In this document: positions 28,868-40,986 of the stretch, in pieces | How positions within the stretch are numbered: position 1 is the first letter of the stretch | Layout: every line of letters starts with the position of its first letter | Assembly (NCBI GenBank): GCA_965219455.1 | Contig: OZ244744.1 | Span: 4,992,001 to 5,056,000, forward strand | Origin: Candidatus Latescibacterota bacterium | GTDB lineage: Bacteria; Latescibacterota; UBA2968; GCA-2709665 | Reading direction: 5' to 3' | Length of the DNA stretch: 64,000 nt | Made by a program: the position numbers and the translations under genes | The notes under the pieces: model-generated | Seen by the model: the letters and a program-made list of their open reading frames with translations, nothing else | Told to the model about the DNA's origin: nothing | Database searches by the model: none

Positions 28868-31800
28868 ATGGCCCGCCGCACTAACAACCGGCCGCAGGTG
28901 GCGTTCGCCCACAAGCTGGTACTCAACCAGTGGATGCTATCGCTGTTCAACGTGAAGTGTTTCGAGGACTTGGCTGAGCACCTGCGCAACGAAGACCTGG
29001 AAGGGCTGGACGAGAACAACATCCACCGTTTCCACCACGCGCTCACGGCACAGTTGTTCAATCTGACGCAACTGCCTACCGAGCTGCTGCTCGAATACGA
29101 CCAGAACATCGTCAAGCACACGCAGCGGCTGAACGAGCGGCGGATCACCCGCGGCGACGAGCCGATCGTCTGGAAGTACTTCCAATATCTGGCCCTGCTC
29201 TTTAGCGAGATCTACCTCGACCGTTACTTCCGCGATCCCACGGCGCTGCTCGTAGAGTTGAACGTGCAGGTGGCCGCCTACAACACGGACAAGCCGGAGG
29301 CTGACCAGATTGCCGCGTTCGACGAAGCAGCCGAGGCTTGGCCGCAGCTAAACAAGCTGGCCTTCTGGATGGCCACCGGGAGCGGTAAGACGCTGCTGAT
29401 GCACGCCAACATCCTGCAGTACCAGCACGCCTTGACCCGGCGCGGGCGGCGGCGCGAGTTGAACCACATCCTCCTGCTTACGCCCAACGAAGGGCTCTCG
29501 CAGCAGCATCTAGGCGAGTTCGAGGCGGCGGGCATCAACGCCGAGCTGTTCAACAAGGACGGCCGCGGGCTGTTCAGCGGGCAGGCGGTCGAGATACTCG
29601 AAGTGACCCGGCTGCGCGACGAGATGGGTGACAGGACCATCGCCGTTGACGCCTTCGAGGGGAACAACCTGGTGCTCGTGGATGAAGGACACCGCGGCGC
29701 CAGCGGAGGAGAAGAAGGCGCCTGGATGCGCTTCCGCAACGCGCTGTGCGAAAAAGGTTTCTCCTTCGAGTACTCGGCCACCTTCGGGCAGGCGGTCAAG
29801 GGCAGCCCCAAACTCACCGAGCTGTACGCCAAGAGCACGCTGTGCGACTACTCGTACCGCTATTTCTACGGCGACGGTTTCGGCAAGGACTACCAGATCC
29901 TCAATCTTGATGAGGGAACGCAACAGAACCACCTGGACCTGTACCTGGTGGCCTGCCTGCTCTCGTTCTTCCAGCAGCAGCGGCTCTACCGCGAGCAAGG
30001 CGGCACCTTCCGGCCATTCAACATCGAGAATCCTCTGTGGATCTTCGTCGGCGGGCGGGTCGTCAAGGGCTTGGCCGCGCAGGACGCATCGGACATCGTT
30101 GAGATTTTGAGGTTCCTTGCGCGCTACGTCTCGGACCACGCCGGCAGCATCCAGCGCATCGACCGGGTTCTCAATCAGGGCCTTGTCACCGCCACGGGCA
30201 AGAACTTGTTCGCCGGGCGCTTCGCGTATCTCAATACATGCGGCCTCTCGCCGGAGCGGATCTTCGACGAGACGCTTGCGATGATTTTCAACGCTTCCGG
30301 TGGGGGCCAGCTTTATGTCGAGAACCTGAAGGGCGTGACCGGCGAAGTGGCCCTGCGCCTCGGCGCCGAGAACGAAGCCTTCGGCGTCATCAACGTGGGA
30401 GATGATACCAAGCTGGTGAAGCTGTGCGAGGAGAAGGGGCTTGCCACGGGTGAACGCGAATTCTCGGGATCGCTCTTCCACGAGATCAACAAGCCGCTTT
30501 CGAAGGTGCACCTGCTCATCGGCTCGAAGAAGTTCACCGAGGGCTGGAGCAGTTGGCGTGTCTCGACGATGGGCCTGATGAACGTGGGTAAGGGGGAAGG
30601 CGCGCAGATCATCCAGCTCTTCGGGCGCGGTGTGCGGCTCAAGGGCTACGACCTGAGCCTCAAGCGTAGCGGCAAGACGGATTTGCCGGATGGTGTCGAG
30701 CGGCCCAAATACATCGCCGTCCTCGAGACGCTCGGCATTTTCGGCATTCGCGCCGACTACATGGCGCAGTTCCGCGACTTCCTCGAAGAGGAGGGGCTAC
30801 CCACCAACGACGACCGTGTCGAGTTTCTGCTGCCGGTGATCAAGAACCTCGGGACGCAGAAGCTCAAGACGATCCGGCTCAAGAAGACGATCAACGGCGT
30901 CAGCACCGAGTTCGGAGATGCGTTCCGCAAGCTCGCGCCCATCCCGACCGTCGCGCCGCCGAACCCCGCCGGTGATCCGAGCACTGAATACCTCCAGAAA
31001 AACCAGGTGGTGCTCAACTGGTATCCGAAGATCCAGGCGATGAAGTCGGGCGGTCTGGTTGGCGGCGATGCCGATACCGCGCCAAACGAGACCCACCTGA
31101 CACACCGCCATGTGGCCTTCCTCGATCTCGACCGCATTTGCTTCGATCTGGAGCGATTCAAGGCCGAGCGCGGCTGGTACAACCTGAATCTCACACGGCA
31201 GGGGGTCGAGGCCCTCCTGGGAGACCAGAGCTGGTATCGCTTGCAGATCCCCCGTGAGGAACTTGTCGGTGATTCCTACGAAAAGGTGCGCCTCTGGGAG
31301 GAGATCGCCGTTGCACTGCTCAAGAAGTACACCGAGCGTTACTACACCTTCCGCAAGCGCGAGTGGGAGCTTCCTCACCTCGAATACCGTTACCTGGAAG
31401 ACGACGACCCGAACTTCCTCGGTGTGAAGGATTCGCCAGACGAGGGTCACTACCGCATCCTGATCGACAAGTCGCGGGAAGAGATCGTCGCCAAGCTCGA
31501 GGAGCTCAAAGCCGCCATCCGGAAGGGTGAGCTGAAGCCTTGGGAATTCCGGGGCATGAATGCCATCTGGTTCGGCAAGCACCTCTACCAGCCGTTGCTC
31601 TATCTGGACACGCACGTCGTCGAGATCACCCCCGCGCCGCTGAACAAGGGCGAGCGCGAGTTCGTTGAGGATCTGAAGGCGTTCCACGACGGTAATACGG
31701 ACTTCTTCGCTACCCGCGAACTCTATCTGCTACGAAACCTCAGCAGAGGCCGCGGTGTGGGCTTCTTCGAAGCCGGCAACTTCCACCCCGACTTCATCTT

Positions 31801-32086
31801 GTGGTTGCTCGCAGGCGGCCAGCAGCACGTCATCTTCGTGGACCCCAAGGGGATCCGGAATCTCGGGCGAGACGACCTCAAGATCCAGTTCCACGAGACC
31901 ATCAAGGAGATCGAGCAACGCCTCGGCGACCCGGCTGTGCGCTTGCAGTCCTTCATCGTCTCAAATACTCCTTCCGCGACGATGCGCAGGCAGTGGGGCA
32001 TGAAGAAGAGCGAGATGCAGAAGCGGCACGTCCTTTTTCAGGAAGAGGACAAGGACAGTTACGTGAAGACCATGCTGAAGGGGTAA
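28868..32086 (+). CDS. res: Type III restriction subunit Res (helicase + PD-(D/E)XK nuclease)
   Basis: [30 protein letters not shown]-terminal FHPDFILW...FVDPKG. TGATG overlap with mod. Confidence 0.9.
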   Translation: MARRTNNRPQVAFAHKLVLNQWMLSLFNVKCFEDLAEHLRNEDLEGLDENNIHRFHHALTAQLFNLTQLPTELLLEYDQNIVKHTQRLNERRITRGDEPIVWKYFQYLALLFSEIYLDRYFRDPTALLVELNVQVAAYNTDKPEADQIAAFDEAAEAWPQLNKLAFWMATGSGKTLLMHANILQYQHALTRRGRRRELNHILLLTPNEGLSQQHLGEFEAAGINAELFNKDGRGLFSGQAVEILEVTRLRDEMGDRTIAVDAFEGNNLVLVDEGHRGASGGEEGAWMRFRNALCEKGFSFEYSATFGQAVKGSPKLTELYAKSTLCDYSYRYFYGDGFGKDYQILNLDEGTQQNHLDLYLVACLLSFFQQQRLYREQGGTFRPFNIENPLWIFVGGRVVKGLAAQDASDIVEILRFLARYVSDHAGSIQRIDRVLNQGLVTATGKNLFAGRFAYLNTCGLSPERIFDETLAMIFNASGGGQLYVENLKGVTGEVALRLGAENEAFGVINVGDDTKLVKLCEEKGLATGEREFSGSLFHEINKPLSKVHLLIGSKKFTEGWSSWRVSTMGLMNVGKGEGAQIIQLFGRGVRLKGYDLSLKRSGKTDLPDGVERPKYIAVLETLGIFGIRADYMAQFRDFLEEEGLPTNDDRVEFLLPVIKNLGTQKLKTIRLKKTINGVSTEFGDAFRKLAPIPTVAPPNPAGDPSTEYLQKNQVVLNWYPKIQAMKSGGLVGGDADTAPNETHLTHRHVAFLDLDRICFDLERFKAERGWYNLNLTRQGVEALLGDQSWYRLQIPREELVGDSYEKVRLWEEIAVALLKKYTERYYTFRKREWELPHLEYRYLEDDDPNFLGVKDSPDEGHYRILIDKSREEIVAKLEELKAAIRKGELKPWEFRGMNAIWFGKHLYQPLLYLDTHVVEITPAPLNKGEREFVEDLKAFHDGNTDFFATRELYLLRNLSRGRGVGFFEAGNFHPDFILWLLAGGQQHVIFVDPKGIRNLGRDDLKIQFHETIKEIEQRLGDPAVRLQSFIVSNTPSATMRRQWGMKKSEMQKRHVLFQEEDKDSYVKTMLKG

Positions 32087-32159
32087 CGGATGGGGAGCGG
32101 CGGCTGCGCAGCGGCGAACTGGGCGGCAGCGGGTCCCGGATCAAACCGAATAGAGATCC

Positions 32160-32321
32160 GGCGCCAACGACCCGAAAACGGGGGCCTGCGGTTCGCTGCG
32201 CAACATCGTCGAAGACCCACGACTCAACCATCGGATCGACGTTCGTCGAGGCGTGCTCGAAGCGAGGTGTTCAGAGATTCTGAAACAGTTTTTTCAAACA
32301 TTGCGTCAGAAAAACCCGTAA
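32160..32321 (+). pseudogene. Diverged duplicate of the last 54 codons of tadA
   Basis: GANDPKTGACGSLRNIVEDPRLNHRIDVRRGVLEARCSEILKQFFQTLRQKNP* is colinear with 19658-19819. Confidence 0.92.
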
Positions 32322-32396
32322 CGTAGCGACGGAATGGATTGCGGTAGCCGGATGGCGAAAGTCGCAATCAAATCTGGCGTGTCCCTGTGTTCGAGC

Positions 32397-32487
<91 letters not shown>

Positions 32488-32669
32488 ATTTAATTCAATT
32501 AATAAAATTACTCTGACATAGATATACGATTATTTTCAGGGATGAAAGGTCGTTTCGGCCCTTTCTCAGGACGTCTCCTTGCGGGTATTTCGAAAACTGC
32601 GGGACGATCCAGCATACTAATAAGCTGGAATCGGCGATTAAGGGCGGAGGTACCATTCAAAGGAGAAGA

Positions 32670-33335
32670 ATGGTTAGAATGGCAATATCACTGGAGAAGC
32701 TGATTCACCAGCGCATGCAGGATCTCGGTATCACACGCAGTGATCTTGTCCGTCGTATGGGGTATGCCAATGTCGCCAAAGGATGCCGGCGAATCGACCA
32801 GATATGCTGTGGGCACGTTGAAATGGCAAAGAACCTGCGTGTCGAACTTTCCCAGGGCCTGGAGGTAAGAGTCGAGGTGGTAGATAAGGCTAAGGAAGTC
32901 ACCCGTACCGAACAGATTGCGGCGGAGGACAAGGCCTATCGTGAATCCTTCAAGCCACACGCCGTCATGCTTACAGAAGAGACGGTACCATCTCAGATCA
33001 CTTTGTACGCGATGACTGGGGGAGCGCGCCATAGGATTATTCGATTCGAAGACGGGTCAGCACCGGAAACGCACGCGACACAGGCACAGGAAGCCCTTCC
33101 GGCCGAGATACCCTTTTTCGGGCCCCCAATCGGGTCTGTTGTAAACTACTCTCCGGATTTTGCTCTGAAGTTTAGCAAGGAAAGCAGGTTGACAGAAATG
33201 CTTAACCGTGCGTTTCGCGTTGGGCAGTTATCGGTCACTGTGGCAGGGAAGAAAATTAACGAGGGAACCTTGTCGACGCCTCTTAAGGATTCGCCTTCCC
33301 GGAGGTTGTTACAACAACAGAATCGGGAAGAATGA
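32670..33335 (+). CDS. Hypothetical protein with a possible N-terminal HTH
   Basis: RBS AAGGAG. RMQDLGITRSDLVRRMGY resembles an XRE-type HTH. Confidence 0.6.
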   Translation: MVRMAISLEKLIHQRMQDLGITRSDLVRRMGYANVAKGCRRIDQICCGHVEMAKNLRVELSQGLEVRVEVVDKAKEVTRTEQIAAEDKAYRESFKPHAVMLTEETVPSQITLYAMTGGARHRIIRFEDGSAPETHATQAQEALPAEIPFFGPPIGSVVNYSPDFALKFSKESRLTEMLNRAFRVGQLSVTVAGKKINEGTLSTPLKDSPSRRLLQQQNREE

Positions 33336-34510
33336 TCCGTGTCGCGGCCCGTAAAGGGTCCGCTGCGCCGACGGGGCCCTGTCGCCCTTGACGGTCCGCG
33401 CCGCGCCGGAGAGAGCCGCACACGGCGTCCGGTCGGTCGAGGCGCGAAGACCGGCGCCTGCGCGCCTCGACCGCTGGTGAGGAATCAGCAGCGCCTGTAC
33501 CGCCAGCCGGTGTCGGGATGGAGCGCGCCCACTCGCGCTCTTCGACCGGCTCCGGGTCCGGCAGCCGTGACCAGTACGCCGCCGAGGGTTCGGGCTTGGG
33601 GCGGTCGGTCCTGGCCGCGAACTCGTCGGTCGCCGTGGCGTCGATGGCGTCCTGGCGCTTTTGGGCGCGTTCGATGTCGTGGTCTTCGCGGCACCGCTCG
33701 CAAGCCGTCGCCGGCTCGCCTTTCTTCTTGGTCGCCACCTTGTTCTTGCAGCGGCGGTGGCAACAGGTCGCGAGGCCGGTTTCGAGGATGGCGGGTCGGA
33801 CGAAGCCGGGCGGCACGGTGCCGCTCCACTGGGCAATCAGCGTTTCGAGGTCCATGGTGAGTCTCCTGTCCAGGCTTGGGTTGCCGACGCGGGATTGAGC
33901 TGGTGCTTGGACAGGCGGCATGCGCGTGCAGGCCGGTCACCTCGCGTAGCGAGGTCGAAGCGAAGGGTAGAACCCGCCAGGGTTGAGCGGCGAGCACGTG
34001 TGCCAGCATAGGCCGCATCCGACGGAAGAGACATCGGTCGTCGTCGCGGAAGGGTGATGGACGCTCGGAAAGCGACGGCCCCGAGCCAGATAGTCTGTCG
34101 CATTAAGAGCGACGACCCGGGCGGCGCACTGCGGCGAAGTCGACGTGTCGCTTGTCCTGTGACCAACCCTGAACGCACACGTCTGGGCGGTGGACACGAA
34201 TCAGCGGGGCGAGAGTTGCGGCATCACCGGGCCGAGCCCGGAAGCGTTGGCGGCCGTTACCCGAATGGGCCGAGACCGCGTGCGGGCTCGGTTCGCCGCA
34301 GGCGAATAGGACGCGGGCCGGAGGCAACGCCCGAAAGGCGATCCTAGACCGAGCGGTCGAGCATCGCTTGCAGGTTCGTGCGACAGGGGGAGATCCTGGG
34401 CTAGCGGCTGGGACCGGATGGGGTAGGCGTGACTTGAGGATTGTGGAGCGTGAGGGCGTCCATGGTGCGCAGCAACTACAATGGCCGACGGCACGTAGAT
34501 CGGAGGAACT

Positions 34511-37500
34511 ATGGCTCGTGACAGCGAACTGATAGCGCGTGCGATAGCGGCGGCTGAGCGTCTCTTTGATGCGCCGGGCGAAACCGGCGACATCTTCGAA
34601 CCACGCGATCAGCACACGGCCAAAGCGGCGGTTAGGCGGTTCAGCGAGCTATTTGCTGAGCTTCGTGGAGTAGCGAAGTCTGTCATGGAGAGCGCTCGAA
34701 ACAGCGGGGATCTGGTGTCCAGCGACCCATTGCAGGGCTTGGCGGAAATTGTGCAGAACGCAGACGATGTTGAGGCGACGGAGATCCGGTTACAGCTCGG
34801 TCCGGGCGAGCTACTGGTGAGCCACAACGGCAATCCAGTGCGTTTGGCTCACGTACTAGCCGTGGCAACGCCATGGCTTACGACTAAGGGCGGGGAAGCG
34901 GTGCTGATGGGTCGCTTCGGAATAGGGCTTACGACGCTGAGGTCATTGTCGGAGACGTTTGAGGTCCACTGCGATCCCTACCATGTGCGGTTCGGCGATC
35001 GTTTCGTTTCGCCAATCCGCGCGCGGCGCCTGCCAGCCGGACTCGATCAGGCGGGATGGACTACGTTTCGGGTTCCCTTGTCGAAGGGCAAGGTTCGCCC
35101 GGAACAGCTCTCGGCTTGGCTGCGCCGCTGGGACGACTCCGCGATGTTGTTCCTTCGCACTGTGTCGAGGATTGCCCTTCGAACAGCGCGTGACGAGAGT
35201 GTCATGGCACTGGGGATCTCGCGAGGAAGGCCGGAGGACGTTTCCGACGGTCCGTCGTACAGGAACGGTGGCGTGTCCCGGCAGCAAGTGACCGCGCAAG
35301 ACGGACGTTCGTGGATCGTCTACAGGGCCGAGTTCCCGACTCCCGAGGATGTGGAGCGTGCTCACAAGGCAACTGAGCCCACTACGCCGGCCGCGGTCGC
35401 GCTTCCGTTGCACGACGTTGAGGGTGGCAAGATCCATGCTGGGTTGCCAGTGGCGGCAACGGGAATGGCGGTATTCGCAAACGCCCAGTTCGACCCAACG
35501 ACGAGTCGACAGGAGTTCCCCGAAAACGAGTGGAACAAGGCGCTCGTCCCGATCGTGGCCAAGCTCTGGTCAACAGCCGTGCTCGACACCTTCGACCGGG
35601 ATCCCAGATCTGCATGGCAGGCGATACCCATCGGCGAAGTGCCGGAAGATCAACCCCAAATGCCAATCGTCAGCCGCCTAGAAGGCGCGGTGATAGCCAG
35701 TGCCCGAAAGCGGGTAGCGGCGAACTTGGCGCTCCCCGTGGCCGGTAAGGGGCGATTGCCTCTGCGCGAACTAGCGGTCGAGGACAGACCTCTTGGTCGG
35801 GTATTGACGCCGAAAGAAGTCGCCGGGCTCGCGGGGCTGGAGGCGATGCTTCCGGCAGAGGTCCGCGATGCACAAGGAAAGTGGTGGGCGGTGTTGGAGG
35901 ACTGGCGGGCAGCCGGCGTGGATCTGCCGACGCCCGTAAGCGTGGAACAGGCGCTGGTTCTCCTTGAGGACGAGGAGCGAGTACCCGGAAGGGTGGTTGC
36001 ACTGAGCGCAGTCGCGTTAAAGGAAAACCTCGGTGAGCGGTTACTTGGGCTACCTTGCGTAGTTGGGCGCGACGAGCGCCGTCTGGTGCCACCGCTGGAA
36101 GATGCGCCAGAGGCTGTCGCTGTGGAAGTTTCGCCATTGGCACAGCAACTTGGCGTGGTTACGCCGTTGCATCCCGCCCATCTCACCGACGAGCCGGGCG
36201 CCCAGAGAGTCCTCAAATGGCTACGTGAGTGCGGCGCCGTGGTGGATGGCAGAGACGATCGTGAAGTGGTCAAGCGGCTTGCTGCCGCAGGCCGGTCGGA
36301 TCGGCGAATTCCGCGAGCTCTCCAACTCGAGCAGGTGCAGGCGCTGCGCGCCGTCTTTGAACGATTGGATCCGCAGGAGCGCGAACGCGTTGGGGGTGAC
36401 GTCGGACGGGCTCTGGAACTGGATGCCTTTGAGTACGAGGTGACAGGCAAAAGGAAGCGCCGGAAGACAACAACTGCCGAGCCCGCTAGTGCCTACTTGC
36501 CGAAGACGATTGAGCGAGAAGAAAAGGGGTTCGCGGTGGCGGCCGACAAGGCGCCGGGAATTGCGTGGATAAGTGGTCGTTATGACCGCCAGCTCCGTTC
36601 GTCGCTGGGCCGGCAAGGGGTCGGAGCACAGAAATTCTTGCGGCTGCTGGGCGTCGAAACGGCGCCAAGGATCCGACGGCACCCGGGACTTAGGAAACGG
36701 TATGAGATCGACCCGACGCCGGCCTTGCCGGCGAACATTGACGACGGCGTCTCTGCGCGCACTGAGGAAATGGAAAGCCGCGGGGCGACCCACACGCTCG
36801 AGGATCGAGACTCGCCCGATCTCACAGTCGTGATCCAGGACATAGCGAGGGTTCGGCGCGGCCCGCAGAGGCGAAAGCGGGCGGCAGCGCTGGTTTCGAC
36901 ATTGGCACGAGCTTGGGTCCGGCTGGGGGACAATGCAGAGGTCCGATCCGCCTCCGCCTATCACGGCTGGAACGAGAAGGGCGAGATGCCTGCCTACTGG
37001 ATCTGGCAGGGGCGCGATGTCGCCTGGCTGGATGACGAGCAGGGAAAGCCCCGGCGACCGTCGGAATTACGTGTGCGTACTCCCGTCACTGAGGCGGTCT
37101 ACGGCGCTGATTCCCCGAACTACATCCATTCAGAACTCCACAATCGAAACTCGCAGCCGGTGTTGAGCGCCCTAGGAGTCTGCGCCGCAGAAAACTCACT
37201 ATACTATATATAGTTAAAGAAGATATCTGAGGACACTATATATAGTATAGTGCGGTGCTCAAATCAGTTCTGGAGCGCAGGCTCCTAGGCGTGGCCGGTG
37301 CTCCGAGTCGTAGGCAACTTGTGAACCGGCTTAAGGAGTTACGCGCTGCAATGCGGGCCGGTGAGTATGCGGCACAGGAGGTGGAGAAGGAGGCGGCTGT
37401 TGTGTACAAGGCGCTCGCACGTTCGCTTCAGAGTCCGAGTTCTAGGTCACAGCTTAACCGGACCCAGTTGCGACGCGAGTTCGCGCGCGAGGACGGGCTG

Positions 37501-39192
37501 ATACTCACGAGCACCGGCTGGCGCACCCCCCAACGCGTTTTCGGTGGGGAAGCAATCCTTGGGAGCTACAGTGTGTTCGCACCTGCCGTGAGCGACACTG
37601 ACGCGCTCTGGGACGCTCTTGGACTGAATCGCCCATCGGTCATGGACTGCGTGAGGGCGATTCGGAAGATCGCGCGTCGTTTTCCGGTGGACACTCAGGA
37701 TGAAGCGATCCTGCTGGATGCATTTCGGGTCATCGCTGGGGAGTACGGTCCGACAACCACTGCCAAGGAGCGTCGGGCGCTTCGGGAACTGCCCCTGTTG
37801 ACGACGCGAGGTTGGACGCGCCAGCGCCCGGTATATGCGACCGACGACCGTTCGTTGACGGAAGGCTTGGGGGATCGCGTGCCGATATGGAAATCGGGTG
37901 GAGAGCTTCGGCAGTTTGCCAGAATCGTTGAGGCGCTCCGCGTGCTGCCGATAGATGCTGCCGACGCGGAGGTGGTCGATCCAGACTTGGCCGAGGAAGA
38001 CGAGGAGTGCACGGAATTGTTCCGGGAAGCGATCCAACAACTGCATGAGGACTTGGTCCGAAACGAGGCTGATCTCGCACGCAGCCTAACAGTGCCTTGG
38101 GAGCGCCTAGAGAGTTTCAGCGTACGCGCCCACTCGTCGCTGACGTTACGAGTGCCTGTCGAGGAGGGCGCGGGGGAACAATACGACTGCGCGATTGCGG
38201 TCAAGGTGGACGCGGACCGTGGGGCCGTGTTCGTTCGGAGGCAAGGGGACTTGGCCCGCGTGGATCGGGGCGGCCAAGCACTGTCCATGCTCTTCAAAGG
38301 GGATGGCCGTCGTCTAGCCCATGCGTGGCGGGGAGCCTGGGATCGAGCGGAGGAAGGGCGTCCGGCGACCATCCTGGAACTCGCGCAAGAACGCAAGGCA
38401 CGGGAGGAGAGAGAGAACGACCTGAGCCTGGCGGAGCGCATTGCGGCGTTTCGAGAAGGCACGTCACGCCGTCACCGGACTGGCAGCCGGGCGGGCGGCG
38501 GGAAGAAGGGGGGAGGCAACGAGCCATCGGACCATGAGGAGTCCAGCGGGACGGGGAATGGCAATGGCACAAAGCCTGTTCCGCCGCGCCGGGAGCTCGT
38601 GAAACCCAGTACGCTCAGGCTGCGTGACCCAAAAGGACAGGCAACCGAGCGGACGAATAGCCGCAAGCCGCGAACGAGAACCGGTGGTGGGGGTCTCGTG
38701 GAGCCAGGGGGCTCTGCGCCACCGAAGACTAGAACAACGCCCCGGAATTACACCAGCGAGGAAAGGGAACGGGTTGGTCTGGAACTCCTCCAAATGGTCC
38801 TTGGGCGCGACCTTGTCGACGTTCGTGCTAAGCGTAGAGTGGGGGCAGATGCGGTGGACGAACAAGAACGGTACTTCGAACTGAAGGTTAGCGCCGGCAG
38901 TGAGCCTGACGTGGTCTCACTTACGGCGTCTGAAGTGATGCGGGCTGCCACCGATCCCGACAACTTCGTTCTGGTTGTGGTGTCCGATGTGGAGGCCACT
39001 GATGCGTACCCAACGGTTCGCCTAGTCCCGGATCCATTGAGGGTACTCGAACCAGGGACGGACGACGGGAAGATTAACCTTGCCGGTGTACGAGAATCGC
39101 AGAGTCACGTCTATCAGTTCGAGCCAGACAACGACGCTGTTGGGAGCAATGACGAGGAGCCGGCAGCAACACCCGATGTCGGTTTAGAGTGA
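34511..39192 (+). pseudogene. Sacsin-like GHKL ATPase with C-terminal DUF3883/NOV nuclease-like domain (1522 aa if intact), interrupted by a MITE
   Basis: EIVQNADD, SHNG, GRFGIG (GHKL). C-terminal GADAVDEQERYFELK...LTASE. Removing 113 nt fuses ORFs 34511-37213 and 37255-39192 in frame (LSALGVAGAPS). Confidence 0.88.
37176..37284. mobile_element. 109-bp MITE with IS1182-like ends
   Basis: Ends GAGTCTGCGCCGCAGAA / TTCTGGAGCGCAGGCTC. CTAG duplicated at 37172-37175 and 37285-37288. Internal 18-bp perfect inverted repeat. Confidence 0.9.
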
Positions 39193-39205
39193 GGGAGCTA
39201 CTCGA

Positions 39206-40066
39206 TTGAGTGACCGACCGACTATCGACGCAAACCGGTTTCTTCCATTCCGGTATCGCGGCACATCGCACCTAAAGCTCACGCCGGATGAACGTCCTCA
39301 ACTGGATCACGGGGTCATTTCGATAGTTTGGAATGCCGGTACCCTGCATGTTCAGTATGTCGGACTTGAAGGAATCCCTGAATCAGCAGTCGACACCGTC
39401 GGTGAGGCGATGTGGCGATTCTCCACTGAATGTCAGCTAATGGCCGTCTTGTACGCGGGTGTGCTACCTGGTCGAGAGACAATGCAAGCCCGGATCGGTT
39501 TGAGCGGTAATCGGGATGATCCCTACGCCATCTCTACAACCGACAAGCACGGGAAGGTGTCGGCCGTTTGGGCATGGGTCCCGAAGGGCACGGTATTCGA
39601 TGCGTTTTCTGCGGGCGGTGAGTTCGAGACAACGTTCGCGAAGTCATTCGTGGTATCTGCTTACCACGCGTGGGAGGAGGTCACTCGACCGAAGATCGCA
39701 CAGGCATTGGGCACTTCGCACAACGACGTTCGATCCGATCTGATGGGCGAGTGGCGGCACCTCCGAAACTGGCTCGTGCATCCAAGTGAGGAAACTGAGA
39801 GAACCTATTTCAAGCACGCCAGCTTGCTGGCGAGGATTCCAGGAAGTCCGTCGCCCGGAGAGGTGCCGAAGATCAAGGCGGACATGGTGTTGCCAATGAT
39901 GGGCTATCTGAATCACCTGCGTGTGACTGTGAATCCGGATGGTCTGGATCCGGGCATGACGACTGTGCCATTAGACCCTGCATTGGCTGAGAAAATCGCA
40001 AGAGAGACTGAACCTGGCGTGGTGCTGGTACCCATCTGGCGAGGATTCCAAATGCCCGACGCCTAG
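39206..40066 (+). CDS. Hypothetical protein with a HEPN-like RxxxxH motif
   Basis: TTG start 13 nt after the previous stop. WRHLRNWLVH in a predicted helical context. Confidence 0.55.
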   Translation: MSDRPTIDANRFLPFRYRGTSHLKLTPDERPQLDHGVISIVWNAGTLHVQYVGLEGIPESAVDTVGEAMWRFSTECQLMAVLYAGVLPGRETMQARIGLSGNRDDPYAISTTDKHGKVSAVWAWVPKGTVFDAFSAGGEFETTFAKSFVVSAYHAWEEVTRPKIAQALGTSHNDVRSDLMGEWRHLRNWLVHPSEETERTYFKHASLLARIPGSPSPGEVPKIKADMVLPMMGYLNHLRVTVNPDGLDPGMTTVPLDPALAEKIARETEPGVVLVPIWRGFQMPDA

Positions 40067-40130
40067 GTCGGAGCGGGGCTAAGCGCCCGGTCCCATCGCA
40101 GCACGCTGTGAAGGTGGAACCGGGGCACAG

Positions 40131-40638
40131 TCAGTCGCTGGCAGACACGTAGTCGGACCACTGGTGCATGAGTTCACGGCGACTTTCGAACAGATCGCTG
40201 CGCCGGGAGGCGGCCTCCACGCGATCATTGTTGACGTGCGCCAACGCGAGTTCGCAGACCTCGCGCGGCGCGGCACGTCCGTCCTTTCGGCGGCCCAGTC
40301 GCGAAAACTGGACCGGAAGCCGTGCGGCACGACGCCGATGCCCAGCTCCCGCAGGAGCTTGGAGAGCGTACTGTCGCTGAGGACCCGCCCTGTCGGAGTC
40401 GGGAACACGAGACCGCTCTTGTCGGAGAGTTCGCGCGCCTCGTCGAGGACGGCCACCGCTCGCTCCGAGAGCGGCACCCGGTGCTCGAGCTTCGCCTTCA
40501 TCCGTTCCGGCGGAACGGTCTCCACGTGGCCGCCGCGTCGTCCACCTCGTCCCACCGCGCGCCGCGTCCGTCGCCGTAGCGGCCGGGAACGTTGACGGTG
40601 TTGACGAAGGTGGCGGAGAGCCGCTTGGGGCGTTTCAC
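40131..40638 (-). pseudogene. P4-type tyrosine integrase remnant
   Basis: Arm-binding start RLSATFV...PGRYGDGRG is fused to ARWDE. RMKAKLEHRVPLS, PHGFRSSFRDWAAE, LALAH, VEAASRRSDL. Frameshifts present. Confidence 0.88.
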
Positions 40639-40792
40639 GGGGTACCTTGCTATCACTTCCGTTATCACAATTTTGGGAAGTATGCGCGGATCTGCGTGGA
40701 ACGTCAAGCGCCTTAAATCGTATATTTATCAGACTGTTAAATGAACTTTGGGGGGCTTCTGGATGCGGATGAAATCCGGGTTCTGGCGGTCT

Positions 40793-40804
40793 CCCTCTCC
40801 GCCA
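40793..40804 (+). repeat. tRNA-Ser 3'-end duplicate (att-like site)
   Basis: CCCTCTCCGCCA matches the 3' end of all three tRNA-Ser genes and lies about 155 nt upstream of the integrase remnant. Confidence 0.75.
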
Positions 40805-40986
40805 GAATTCCAATAACATATTTATAATCAATATCGTATGAATTAAAAGCCCGTCGTAGGCAGATGGCGATCCGGGCCGGAGTGTGTACAGTCTGCGAAC
40901 AGGACTGGATGGATGCATGGCATCTGAAAGAGCCGCCACGGCCAACCCTGAATGCACAGATCGTCGCGCTGACGTCCGGCGCGCCG

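Larger units (their letters stand above)
23675..28868 (+). pseudogene. mod: Type III R-M methyltransferase (Mod), split by IS1380 and additionally frameshifted near 26860-26885
   Basis: N-terminal LDFGLYR, LHWANKDQYYIK. Removing the IS gives FLAQLEDFQTKLWLKKKFV. C-terminal part has YVDPPYNTG and [10 protein letters not shown]. Reconstructed length of 3302 nt is not a multiple of 3. Confidence 0.9.
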
